The notes under the pieces: generated by a model
Databases searched by the model: none
Seen by the model: only the letters and a program-made list of their open reading frames with translations
Told to the model about the DNA's origin: nothing
In this document: positions 1-9,526 of the stretch, in pieces
Position numbering within the stretch: position 1 is the stretch's first letter
Layout: the number at the start of each line of letters is the position of its first letter
Made by a program: the position numbers and the translations under genes
Assembly: GCA_963792895.1 (NCBI GenBank)
Contig: CAWBYA010000004.1
Location: 162,069-226,068, forward strand
From: an uncultured Acidimicrobiia bacterium
GTDB lineage: Bacteria > Actinomycetota > Acidimicrobiia > Spongiisociales > UBA5794
DNA length: 64,000 bases
Direction: 5' to 3'

Positions 1-1172
1 GGGAGGGTGGCGAGGCGGTTGACGATGGTCGCTGCCGCTCGCTGCCGGGCGGCAGCCACGCGGTGGGGACGGAGACTGGCGATGACCCGCTGGAGCTCCT
101 GGCGACGAACGGAGAACGCTTGCTCATCGTCCGCGACGACGTCGAGCGCATCCTTGGCGGCCTGCTGCACGGCGCCCTCCAAAATGGGCCTTTCGTCGGC
201 GGCGCGCAGCTCGAATGGCACCTCCGATGCTGTTTCGAGACGGCTTCGGTCGATCACGTGCACGAGCCCATGCCGCCACGCCGCCCGTGCAGCTTCCTCG
301 TCGGTCGATGGCGTGCCGGAGTCGACGGCTGCGAGGAGGTCGAGCACTCTCTTGGTTGGGACATCTGGGGCGTCCTCGGGCGCCGCCATGGTGTACTCGT
401 CGAGCTGAGGCAGCTCGTGTCCTGCGGGTTCGAGGGCGGTCATGTCGCCATCGATGAGCTCACGCCGGGTGCGCATGATGCCGCTACGTCGCCTGCGGCG
501 AGACGCAGTGATGGCTGCGCCGCCACCAATGAGCCCAATACCGGCGGCAAGTCCGAGGACGACGACCCCTACTCCGCCGCCACGTGGTGCGTCGACCGGT
601 TCGTCGACCCCTGGGGACTCCGGCGCAAGCGTCGTTGCCGGAGCGCCATCCTCGCCCGGAGCATCACCCTCGAGCGCCGCCAGTTCCTGCTCCAGGCTGC
701 CGACGATGGCGAGGAGCCCTCCTTCGAAATCGCCGACCCCGAAGAAGCTGTTTGCGGCGCCGGCGACGCGAGTCGCCGCATCGTCGCTCATCGGAAGGCC
801 GCTCGCGGGCTTCACCTCCGTTCGCCGAGCACCGATGTCGACGAGCACGACGACGCCGTCCTGGGCAGGCCCCCCGACCCCCCATGCGTTGCCGAGGGCT
901 GCAGCGAAGTCGGCAGGGTCTTCGCCCCTACTGTCCGTGACCGTGACGACGGCGATCTCCCTGCCGTAGCGGCCGACGAGGCGGTCGATGGCGTCCTCGA
1001 TTCGCTGGTCGTCGACCACCAGTTCGGCGTCGTCGCTGAACCACCCAGTGCAGACGACGCCCTCATACGGCTCGCACAGCGGCGGGCCGGACTCGTCGGC
1101 GGCGTGACTCGACGGTGCGACAGCCAGAATCGAAGCGGCGAGCAGGGCGGCAACCGGAAGAAAGCGTCTCAT
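1..1172 (-). CDS. TPM (DUF477) domain membrane protein, runs off the window start (partial)
   Basis: Hand translation from ATG 1172: signal peptide MRRFLPVAALLAASILAVAPSSHA, TPM-like IAVVTV...LGNAWGVGG...DGVVVLVD, TM VGVVVLGLAAGIGLIGGGAAI then RRRRR; open to base 1. Absent from ORF track because its stop is outside the window. Confidence 0.8.
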   Translation of the reverse strand, partial: MRRFLPVAALLAASILAVAPSSHAADESGPPLCEPYEGVVCTGWFSDDAELVVDDQRIEDAIDRLVGRYGREIAVVTVTDSRGEDPADFAAALGNAWGVGGPAQDGVVVLVDIGARRTEVKPASGLPMSDDAATRVAGAANSFFGVGDFEGGLLAIVGSLEQELAALEGDAPGEDGAPATTLAPESPGVDEPVDAPRGGGVGVVVLGLAAGIGLIGGGAAITASRRRRRSGIMRTRRELIDGDMTALEPAGHELPQLDEYTMAAPEDAPDVPTKRVLDLLAAVDSGTPSTDEEAARAAWRHGLVHVIDRSRLETASEVPFELRAADERPILEGAVQQAAKDALDVVADDEQAFSVRRQELQRVIASLRPHRVAAARQRAAATIVNRLATL

Positions 1173-1240
1173 GGAGAGAACGCTAGGAGAGTGCGGGAGA
1201 AGCGCAAAAGGTTCCGGTGAGCCAAGCCGTCGCACCGGGC

Positions 1241-2161
1241 TCAGCCGAAGCGAAGCGGCAGGTCGGTGGGTCGGTAGAACGAGGGCGGCAACTCCTCGCA
1301 GTGCTCCAATGCCATCACGATCTGCGCGGATGCCCCGAGATCGCCGTGGTAACCGCCTGGGATGTCGAGCTGGAGCGGAGGCTCGCCATCAACAACGATA
1401 CGATCGCCCGGCTCGGTGAGGCCCCAATCGACGACGATGTCGAGGTCGATCGTCTTCTCGCCCGCACGGAGGGTCACATGTTGGCGGAAGCCCGAGACCA
1501 CGTCGCCATGCGCGATGGCCGACAGGGTGTCGGTGACGTCCCGGTTCGGCCAGGCGAGGGCGTGGCCCAGGAGGTGGGCGCTCGGAACGAGGCCGCGGTG
1601 CCCGACGCTTCCCGCTGCCACCGCCGCATCCCACTCGGCGAGGCTGAGACCGCGACCGGTCTTCGGGATGAACGACTCGCGTCTCGCCGAGGAATCGATG
1701 CGGCGAGTGACCGTGAGGCTCTTGACGTTGCGGCATGCCGAGGCTGCCATGAGCGGCAGGCGATCCATGATGAAGCCCGGGTTGACGCCCGTCATGACGA
1801 TGACTCTTCGGTGGGTCCGCGCCGCCGTGTGCAACGCATTCCACATGTGGCGGGGAGGCCAGGCCAGCTCTTCGCATGTCGTGACCACGTCATAGCCGAG
1901 GGACACCAACCGCAGGATCTCGGGAGCGACGACGTCGACCTCCGGAGAAACGGCGACGAGCGCACGATCGCCTGTTCGCGCCTGGGGGACCTCGTGCGTG
2001 CTCGTGTACACGGGAGCACCATGGACCGTACCGAGCCGGGTTCCGGCGGCCGGATCGACGTCGACGACCCCTGCGACAGAATCGACCACGCCGTCCTGGA
2101 GCGCAGCGGCGGTCGCTGCAGCGCCGATCTGACCAGCGCCGACTACGAGGAGACGTGTCAT
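1241..2161 (-). CDS. NAD(P)-dependent DapB-like / diaminopentanoate (amine) dehydrogenase family protein
   Basis: Rossmann LLVVGAGQIG, VVTTCEEL, TGVNPGFIMD motifs; ATG at 2161. Confidence 0.75.
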   Translation of the reverse strand: MTRLLVVGAGQIGAAATAAALQDGVVDSVAGVVDVDPAAGTRLGTVHGAPVYTSTHEVPQARTGDRALVAVSPEVDVVAPEILRLVSLGYDVVTTCEELAWPPRHMWNALHTAARTHRRVIVMTGVNPGFIMDRLPLMAASACRNVKSLTVTRRIDSSARRESFIPKTGRGLSLAEWDAAVAAGSVGHRGLVPSAHLLGHALAWPNRDVTDTLSAIAHGDVVSGFRQHVTLRAGEKTIDLDIVVDWGLTEPGDRIVVDGEPPLQLDIPGGYHGDLGASAQIVMALEHCEELPPSFYRPTDLPLRFG

Positions 2162-2215
2162 GACGGCCGCATCATCGTCCGTACCCCCCCGGCGATGCAA
2201 TTGCCGCGGGTGTTC

Positions 2216-3281
2216 TCACCGCGGCAGACGAACCTTGCGAGTTGCGATCTCGTCGAGGTACGTGCGGTCGACGGTGATGCCGAAGCCCGAACCGGCACGC
2301 GGTGTCATCGCACCGTCGGTCACGGTCCACGCCGGGATGACGAGGTCATGGGCGAACCAGTGAGCCGAGCCTCCGAGGTCGCTCGGCAGCGAGACATGCG
2401 GGTGGGAGGCCAGCGCCACCGCAACCGTCTTTCCGATGCCGGTCTCTACGAGGCCGCCGATCTTCACATCGATGCGATGGCGCGGCAGCAAGCTCGATGG
2501 CTCGCCGCGTGAGGGTTGGCCCCAGGCGCCCAGGTTTGAGAACGACGGCATGGGCCGCGGACGATGCCGCAATCGTCACGATGTCGCCCAGCCGCTTCAC
2601 CGACTCGTCCAAGCAGACGGTTGTGGAGATTCGCGCCTGCAGCGTCGCATGGCCGGGCAGGTCGAGTGGGCCGAGGGGCTGCTCGATGTAGGTGAGCCCG
2701 AGCCGGTCGAGCGCGACGAGGTCGTCCATCTGCGTTCGCCGGAAGCTCCCGTTTGCGTCGACGGCGATCCCGATGTCGGGGAAATGGCGCCGAACGTCGC
2801 CGACAACGTCGAGTCGCCCTGGCATGATCTTCAGCTTGACCTGCGTGTGGCCAGCCTCGACCGCTCGGGCTACTGCGCCGATCACATCTGCGGGTGCGGC
2901 CCCGAGCCCGATCGCCGCCGATGCGGTGACCGGCTCTATCCCACCGCCGACCTCGGCGGCCAGCGACACGCCGTTGTGAGCCGCACGCAGCGAGGTGAGG
3001 GCTGCGTCCATGGCAGACGTTGCGCTCGAGCCCTCGATGAGCACCGGCTCATCGGCTCCGAGGATGCGGCCGGCTTCCCGTACGAGAAGCTCCCAGGCCT
3101 CGTCTGCATTGTCGCGGGTATGACCCGGGAATGGCGCAGCTTCGCCCCACCCTTCTGCCTCATTGCGGGAGACACGAACGATGACGGCGCGACGGGTCTC
3201 GAAGGTGCCGTCGCTCGTGACGAGGGGCCGCACCAACGGCAGCTCGACGTTCCATAGCTCGATGCGTTCCGGCCGGATCAT
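2216..3281 (-). CDS. menC: o-succinylbenzoate synthase / N-acylamino acid racemase-like enolase-superfamily enzyme, frameshifted near 2482
   Basis: EGWGEAAP, KLKI, DANG, YIEQP, LDES, LKPG in ORF 2346..3305; C-terminus (KIGGLVETGIG...SDL) continues in ORF 2216..2572 in another frame. Confidence 0.7.
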
Positions 3282-3400
3282 GGCAGGGGTTCGAGGCGTC
3301 GCCATTGCCCCAGGCAGAATGTGGTTGCGCGCACGGGTGAGATGTTACGCAGCGGCGAGGTGGTAGTGATCGTTGCTCTCGCTCGCGCAGCGCGGTTCGT

Positions 3401-4038
3401 CTACCTCGGTTCGGGCAGGGTCCAGAAGCTCGAGCGGAGCCCAACCGACGCAAGAAGGTGTTGCAGCGCCTCGCGGGCGCGGGGCTGTAGGTGCGGTCGA
3501 GGCGATCGCCGTACCACCGTCGGGTCAGCCGCCACATGATCTCGATCGGGACCGCTGCGCCCCGCCGTGTCGCGCGTTCCTCCGACCGGAGGAAGCGGAT
3601 GGTGCGTCACGTCTCGACGATGTCGTCCCACCACTGTCTGGCTGGAATCGCGAAGTGGATGAACCCGCCGGTCGACGTCAGGGTGCCGCCGGCGACGGCG
3701 AGCTCGATCGGCTCACCCGTGTCGTGCCATCGTGCGTCGATCGTGGCATCGATGCGGAGCACCGCCGGAATCGCAAGCGAGTCCCATGCACAGTTTGCCC
3801 ACCATTCGCGATCGTCGGCGACGACCCGATAGTCGGTCGGCACCGCCGAGAAGGGGAGCGCCATACGAATCTCGCCGCGTGCGTCGAGCACCAGTGCATG
3901 TGCGTCATGGAGCCGGCGCAGCGCCTGACGCCCCGCCGCATCCCCGCCAGCCCACGTTGCGATCGCTGCAGTGGTGGGAGGCCGCCCGGTGTCGGCAAAC
4001 GTTCGGTAGATCTCGTACCGGAGTTGTCCATCGTCCAC
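3401..4038 (-). CDS. MerB-like (alkylmercury lyase family) protein, probable selenoprotein (UGA 3607-3609), with a 1-nt deletion near 3481-3484
   Basis: MALPFS, WANCAWD, HFAIPARQWWDDIVET then TGA; in-frame continuation RTIRFLRSEE...MWRLTRRWYGDRLD, and with one more G at 3481-3484 the tail PRAREALQHLLASVGLRSSFWTL; hairpin 12 nt after the UGA. Confidence 0.8.
3577..3594 (-). promoter_or_regulatory. Putative bacterial SECIS element
   Basis: Minus strand TTCCTCC-GGTC-GGAGGAA: perfect 7-bp stem, GGUC loop, starts 12 nt 3' of the UGA. Confidence 0.7.
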
Positions 4039-4119
4039 TCGCTGAGGATGCCACAATCGGCCGGGCGCTGTGGCCGTTTGACGGCTGCAGCGCGCCGAGA
4101 CCAGCGCTAGCGTCGCCGG

Positions 4120-5013
4120 ATGCCACAGCGCCTTCTCACCTTCGCCGGCACGCTCGACCTGGCAGCCACGTTTGGAGCGATGGCCTCGAAGGCGGCGGGA
4201 CGCGTCCGTTCAGGTCGCGATGAGGTCTGGTGGGTGACCAACACGGCCGCCGGCCCAGCCACGCTCCACGTGCGGGCGGACGGCAGCGTGGTCCGCGGCG
4301 AGGCGTGGGGACCTGGGGCGACCTGGGCACTCGACCGACTGTCGCGCGTGTGCGGCCTCTCCGACGATCCCAGCCGGTTCGCCCCTTTGCCTGGCCTCGT
4401 CCGAGACCTGCATCGGCGCAATCCAGGATTGCGGCTCGGAGCCACCGGCCGGGTGTTCGAGATGCTGGTGCCGGTGATCCTGGGGCAGCGCGTGACGTCC
4501 GTCGAGGCGGAGCGCTCCTACCGGCGCGTCCTGGACACGTTCGGTACCCCGGCGCCGGGGCCGATCGAGGCGATGGTGCCGCCCGATGCGGCGACGCTCG
4601 CACGTCTGTCGTACGCGGACCTCCACCCGCTCGGGGTCGAGCGTTCGCGGGCGCAGATCGTCATCGAGGTGGCCCGCCGCGCCGCCAGGCTGGAAGAGAT
4701 CGTCGGCATGCCGCTTCCCGAGGCGCACGCTCGGCTGACGGCGGTCCGTGGTGTGGGTGATTGGACTGCGGCGATCGTCATGGGCGGGTCGCTGGGGGAT
4801 CCCGATGCCGTCCCGATCGGCGACTACCACCTGCCCAACATGGTGGCATGGGCGCTCGCAGGGGAGCCCCGCGGAACCGACGAGCGCATGCTGGAGCTCC
4901 TGGCGCCCTATGCGGGCCACCGGCGACGGGTCCTCATCCTCTTGAAGTCGGCGGGCATCCACGCACCGCGCTACGGACCGAAGCTGGGGCTGCGCGACTT
5001 CAGTCGATCGTGA
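4120..5013 (+). CDS. DNA-3-methyladenine glycosylase 2 (AlkA-like, HhH-GPD)
   Basis: ILGQRV, HhH VRGVGDWTA, PDAVPIGD. Confidence 0.8.
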   Translation: MPQRLLTFAGTLDLAATFGAMASKAAGRVRSGRDEVWWVTNTAAGPATLHVRADGSVVRGEAWGPGATWALDRLSRVCGLSDDPSRFAPLPGLVRDLHRRNPGLRLGATGRVFEMLVPVILGQRVTSVEAERSYRRVLDTFGTPAPGPIEAMVPPDAATLARLSYADLHPLGVERSRAQIVIEVARRAARLEEIVGMPLPEAHARLTAVRGVGDWTAAIVMGGSLGDPDAVPIGDYHLPNMVAWALAGEPRGTDERMLELLAPYAGHRRRVLILLKSAGIHAPRYGPKLGLRDFSRS

Positions 5014-5032
5014 GCCGACTCGCCCGGGTGGC

Positions 5033-6184
5033 TCAGTAGAGCTCGTACTGCCCGGCGACGAGCCTGTCTCGGACGCCTGCCCAGTCTTCGAAGCACTCCT
5101 CGACGACCGTGAGCACGGCAACGTCGTCGACAGGGCCGCCCGCAATCTCGATGTGCACTGCCTGCGGCGACGTGACGGGGGCGCCGATCGAGCTGAGCAG
5201 CCGGATGGTGACCTCTTCGATGCCAAGCTCGTTGATGAGGCGATCGGAGATGTCGGCGCCAACGGCGTGGTACGTCTTGCCAACGTGGGCTGCCGGGTTC
5301 TTGCCGGCCGCCGCTTCGAGGCTCATGGGCCGATACGGGGTGATGAGCCCACCGAACCGGTTGCCACGACCCACCTGACCGTCGTCGCCGGCTTCGGCAG
5401 AGGTGCCGGTGAGTGTCAGGTAGGGCGTGTCGGCTTCGTCACCCTGGTTGACGCCAACCTCCACCGGTCCGCCGAACGCCTCGGTGGCGACATCCATGGA
5501 CGTGCCTCGGATGGCCTGGACGACCTCGTCGTACTCGGGACGATTCGCGACGGCCTTGGCCATGACGGGAGCCGCCACCGTGAGCCTGGCCTCGAGGCCG
5601 ACGCGAGCACCCATCACCTTGATGTCACGGCCGACGGGAACCGCAGCGCGGTAGCCGTCCGAGTTGAGGTGTTTCTCGACGGCGTGAACGGTGCGTTCGA
5701 GCGGAGAGCGCGGCAGCGACACGGCAGCGAACGACGTGTCATTGGCGTGCGGCGCCTCGTCGCGTGGGCCTGCGACCGCGGCCAGGTCGATCGACGACTG
5801 GCTGAGCCAGATCTCGACGTCGAAGGCCTCGGGGGTTGCATCTGGGAGCAGTTCGAGGAGCTTCTGCTTGTATTCCGCAGCCAATTCCTCGACGTTTGGC
5901 TGCCAGTGCGTCGAGAAGTTCGCCTTGCCGACCAAGACCAGTTTGGCGGACTTCAAGTGGACGCCGCCGCCGAAACCGACGTCGACAGAGCCTGCGGCGA
6001 GGATCGCCTTGTCGACGTTGAAATGCTGGACCGCGCCGGTGTGGGTGATGTAGTCGGACGCAAGCCGCCTGGCCAAGTCCTCGGCGAGATGGTCGCAGAT
6101 CGTGTCCGGGTGGCCGAGCCCTTTGCGTTCGACGAACTCCACGGGCGGCGCGTAGCGGCCTCGGTGCGTGACGGAGAGATTCAT
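5033..6184 (-). CDS. S-adenosylmethionine synthetase, archaeal-type
   Basis: VERKGLGHPDTICD, NDTS, GDDGQVGRGNR..GLITPYRPMSLEAAAGKNP..HVGK; ATG at 6184. Confidence 0.85.
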   Translation of the reverse strand: MNLSVTHRGRYAPPVEFVERKGLGHPDTICDHLAEDLARRLASDYITHTGAVQHFNVDKAILAAGSVDVGFGGGVHLKSAKLVLVGKANFSTHWQPNVEELAAEYKQKLLELLPDATPEAFDVEIWLSQSSIDLAAVAGPRDEAPHANDTSFAAVSLPRSPLERTVHAVEKHLNSDGYRAAVPVGRDIKVMGARVGLEARLTVAAPVMAKAVANRPEYDEVVQAIRGTSMDVATEAFGGPVEVGVNQGDEADTPYLTLTGTSAEAGDDGQVGRGNRFGGLITPYRPMSLEAAAGKNPAAHVGKTYHAVGADISDRLINELGIEEVTIRLLSSIGAPVTSPQAVHIEIAGGPVDDVAVLTVVEECFEDWAGVRDRLVAGQYELY

Positions 6185-6259
6185 GGCATGCGCCCCCTGT
6201 GGCGTGAACAAACGGACATCGTAGTTGGCTGGCTGAGCATCGAGGATTTCGATCAGCGT

Positions 6260-7432
6260 TCAGCAGCGCGGAAGCGCTTCGCGGATCTTCACCTTTCCCC
6301 CTGTGCGGAGGAGCCCGCCGGAGTAGACCCGCCCGCCGATCCGGAGCATCAGTGCGATCGCCCCGATCATGAGGGCGATCGACACGATCACTTCCCAGTT
6401 CATCGCCGTGCCCGCAGCCATACGCAGGGGCATCGTCATCGGGGAGAAGGGTGGGACGAGCGACATGGCCCGGAGGATCGGGTTGTCGCCGCCTGTAAGC
6501 GACGAGGTGGCAGTGAAGTATCCGATGAGCATGACCATCGTGAGTGGGAAGGAGGCGTTCTGGGCTTCCTCCTGCCGGGACACGAGAGATCCGGCGACGG
6601 CAAAGCCCGATGCGAAGAAGGCGAAGCCGAGCAGGAACCATCCGATGACGATTGCCACGAGGCCGACACCAACGCTCGGAACGTCGAACGTGTCCGTCGT
6701 CCGTACGATGTAGACACCCAGACCCGCGATGAGGAGGAGTTGGGCGAGACCGAGAAGCCCGATCCCCAGCACCTTGCCGGCCAGGAGGTGGCGGGGACGC
6801 ACCGCACCGAGCACAACCTCGACCACGCGGCTCGACTTCTCCTCGACGACGCCGATGAGGATCCACTGCCCGTACGTGACGATGGAGATGAACAGGAGCA
6901 CGGTGCCGATGAACGCAACCACCGTCTTGCTCTCCTCATCCTCGATCCGCTCCAAAGGCTCCACCTGTACTGCGGTGTCGAGCAGCCGTGCGATGTCTCC
7001 CGGGGTGAGGCCCAGCTCGGCAGCCCTGTCTCGAACGCCGGCGGCGCCAACGCCCACGGACACGAGGGATATCAGCTCCGGGTCGGTGTTCGGGCCGGTG
7101 AGCACGACAGTCGCGTCGACGACACCGATGTCGACGTCGCCGTCGAGGACTGCGGTTTCGAGTTCCGCTCGGTCTCCGAACTCGGTGAACTCCGCCGTCG
7201 TGCCTTGTTGCGATGCGGTCGTCTCGATCACCGCCCCCAGGCCGACCGGGATCTCGCCCACGACACCGATCGAGTAGTTGGGAGGCTCGTCGAGACCGAA
7301 GATCGAGGGTGCCAGCAGCAGACCAAGCACGATGAGGACCGTGAGCGCCGTCGAGATCTGGAATGCCCGGCTGGCTACCCGCTCGCGCAGCTCCCGTGCG
7401 GCCACCAGCCAGATTGAGCGCATCCAGCTCAT
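6260..7432 (-). CDS. ABC-2 type transporter permease
   Basis: Multiple TMs, EEKSSRVVEVVL motif; ATG overlaps the ATPase stop. The last codons may be altered by an indel near 6275. Confidence 0.85.
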   Translation of the reverse strand: MSWMRSIWLVAARELRERVASRAFQISTALTVLIVLGLLLAPSIFGLDEPPNYSIGVVGEIPVGLGAVIETTASQQGTTAEFTEFGDRAELETAVLDGDVDIGVVDATVVLTGPNTDPELISLVSVGVGAAGVRDRAAELGLTPGDIARLLDTAVQVEPLERIEDEESKTVVAFIGTVLLFISIVTYGQWILIGVVEEKSSRVVEVVLGAVRPRHLLAGKVLGIGLLGLAQLLLIAGLGVYIVRTTDTFDVPSVGVGLVAIVIGWFLLGFAFFASGFAVAGSLVSRQEEAQNASFPLTMVMLIGYFTATSSLTGGDNPILRAMSLVPPFSPMTMPLRMAAGTAMNWEVIVSIALMIGAIALMLRIGGRVYSGGLLRTGGKVKIREALPRC

Positions 7433-8319
7433 TGGTCGACCGCCTCGCGGAACACCTGGCTCAGCGTCGGGGGCGAGAAGGCGAACTCCCGAACGGTCCC
7501 ATGCGCACGCGCCGCATCGAGCAGCGAGGTGGGATCGGTGTCGGCATCGACCCGGAGACGGACCACATCGCGACGCTTCGTGGTCTCCTCGATGCCGGGG
7601 AGCCCCGCATGCCAGCCGTCGGTTGCCCCTTCGACACGAATCTCGAGGTAGCGGTAGGGGGACCGGGCCCGCAGCTCGGCTACGGGTCCGGCGAGCACGA
7701 TGCGTCCGTTGTTGATGACCACCACCGACTCACACAAATCCTCGACGAGGTCGAGTTGGTGGCTCGAGAACACCACTGCGGCGCCGGCTTCCGCTCGCTC
7801 GGCGAGGATGTCCGCCATAGCCCGGACGCCGAGCGGATCGAGGCCGGAGAACGGCTCGTCGAGTACCAGGAGCTCCGGCTCGTGAACGAGGGCGGCGGCG
7901 AGTTGGACGCGCTGCTGGTTGCCGTGGGAGAGGGCCTCGAGGCGATCGCCGATCCTGTCGGTGAGACCCAGCTTCGTGAGCCACTGCTCCGCAGCCGTCT
8001 TCGCCCCAGCCGAGGACAGCCCATGGAGCCTGCCGAAGTAGGCGAGCTGGGCCCCGATCCGCATCCGGGGATAGAGGCCGCGTTGCTCCGGCATGTAGCC
8101 GAAACGCAGCCGCATGTCCTGATCGATCGATGCACCGTCCCACGTGACCGTGCCTTCGTCGGGTGACACGAGGCCGAACACGGATCGCATCGCCGTCGTC
8201 TTGCCGGCACCGTTGGGACCGAGGAACCCGAGCAAGGTCCGCCGCGGCACGTCGAACGAGCATCGGTCGAGGGCATTGATCTCGCCGTAGCGCTTGGTGA
8301 GGTTGTCGAGGCGAAGCAC
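7429..8319 (-). CDS. ABC transporter ATP-binding protein
   Basis: Walker A GPNGAGKT, signature LSHGNQQ, Walker B LLVLDE; GTG at 8319. Confidence 0.9.
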   Translation of the reverse strand: MLRLDNLTKRYGEINALDRCSFDVPRRTLLGFLGPNGAGKTTAMRSVFGLVSPDEGTVTWDGASIDQDMRLRFGYMPEQRGLYPRMRIGAQLAYFGRLHGLSSAGAKTAAEQWLTKLGLTDRIGDRLEALSHGNQQRVQLAAALVHEPELLVLDEPFSGLDPLGVRAMADILAERAEAGAAVVFSSHQLDLVEDLCESVVVINNGRIVLAGPVAELRARSPYRYLEIRVEGATDGWHAGLPGIEETTKRRDVVRLRVDADTDPTSLLDAARAHGTVREFAFSPPTLSQVFREAVDQ

Positions 8320-8392
8320 GGTGCTCGATGCTATCCGATGGCGGGGTGGGTCCATCCGGCGGCGCATCGGTCGGCGTTGTAGCGTCGCGTCC

Positions 8393-9484
8393 ATGCGCTG
8401 CAGCACCGTCCGCTTCACGACGCCAGACGGAGACCGCCTGACGCTGGGCATCAGCCGTTCAGGCAGATGGGCGGAGCCCGAATCTGGCTGGCCCGAGGTC
8501 GAGCTCGGCGACGGCATCGTCGTGCCCGGCCTCGTCGACGGTCACGCCCACCTCACGTCGAACGAGGTGCGGGACATGACCGGTGACGGCCGCAGCGAAG
8601 ACCTCGGTCACCGTATCGGACGGCATGCCGCCGCCCAACTCGAACGTGGCGTCCTCCTCGTTGCCGACAAGGGCACCCACGACCCCTCGACCGTCGGCCT
8701 CACGATGCGGATCCCCGAGGAGGCGCGTCCTGCGGCGCAGCTCGCGGGCCGATTCATCGCACCGCCCCAGGGCTACTACCCGGGCCTCGCAGACGAGGTC
8801 GAGCGCGGTGGCCTCACCGCAGCAGTTGCCGGAGCGGGGCCCGATCAGGCAACCTGGGTGAAGCTCATCGGTGACTGGCCGCGCCGTGGGGTGGGTGCAG
8901 TTTCCAACTTCAGCGAAGCGGAGCTGGCTGGTGCGGTCACGGCGGCACACGCAGTCGGGCGGCGGGTTGCGATCCACACTGCCGCCCCGGAGACACCAGG
9001 GATGGCCGTTCGGGCGGGGGTCGACTCGATCGAGCACGGGCTCTTCCTGACCGAGCGCGACCTCTCCCAGCTCGGCGAGCGTCGTGGGGCTTGGGTCCCG
9101 ACAGTCAAGGCCATGGAACTGCTTGCCCAGGCGCTCGGTGCCGAGTCGACCGGCGGTCGATTGCTCCAGGAAGGGCTCGACAACGTTCGCAGCCTCTTGC
9201 CGCACGCCGCCGGCGCCGGCGTGCACGTCATGGCTGGGACGGATCTGGCCCTCGCTCACGGGGAGGTGGCGAGAGAAGCTCGCCGTCTGCTCGCCTATGG
9301 CATGACCGCGTCAGACGTTTTCGCGGCGGTGACAACCGACGCTCGGGCCTTCCTCGGCGAGCCGGCGTACGAGTTCGGGGCGTGGGCCGATTTCGTCGTG
9401 TTGCCCGACCTCGAGGTCGCTTCGCTCGCAACGCCGCGCCTCGTGGTGCGGTGCGGGCGGGTAGTCCTCGATGCCCGTTCCTGA
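8393..9484 (+). CDS. Amidohydrolase family protein
   Basis: PGLVDGHAH, VAIH, IEHG, AGTD metal ligands; ATG at 8393. Confidence 0.85.
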   Translation: MRCSTVRFTTPDGDRLTLGISRSGRWAEPESGWPEVELGDGIVVPGLVDGHAHLTSNEVRDMTGDGRSEDLGHRIGRHAAAQLERGVLLVADKGTHDPSTVGLTMRIPEEARPAAQLAGRFIAPPQGYYPGLADEVERGGLTAAVAGAGPDQATWVKLIGDWPRRGVGAVSNFSEAELAGAVTAAHAVGRRVAIHTAAPETPGMAVRAGVDSIEHGLFLTERDLSQLGERRGAWVPTVKAMELLAQALGAESTGGRLLQEGLDNVRSLLPHAAGAGVHVMAGTDLALAHGEVAREARRLLAYGMTASDVFAAVTTDARAFLGEPAYEFGAWADFVVLPDLEVASLATPRLVVRCGRVVLDARS

Positions 9485-9526
9485 TGGTGAGGCGCAGCGC
9501 AGGGCTCCCGCACGCTGTTGCGCGGC

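Noticed and set aside
63-1220. 385-aa plus-strand ORF, and other long antisense ORFs (5153..7417, 9518..11104, 18525..20177, 41118..42596, 57419..59494)
   Set aside because: Shadows of recognisable genes on the opposite strand; expected in high-GC DNA, no motifs.
6185-6259. SAM riboswitch before the SAM synthetase
   Set aside because: Only about 75 nt intergenic and no recognisable SAM-I/IV core.
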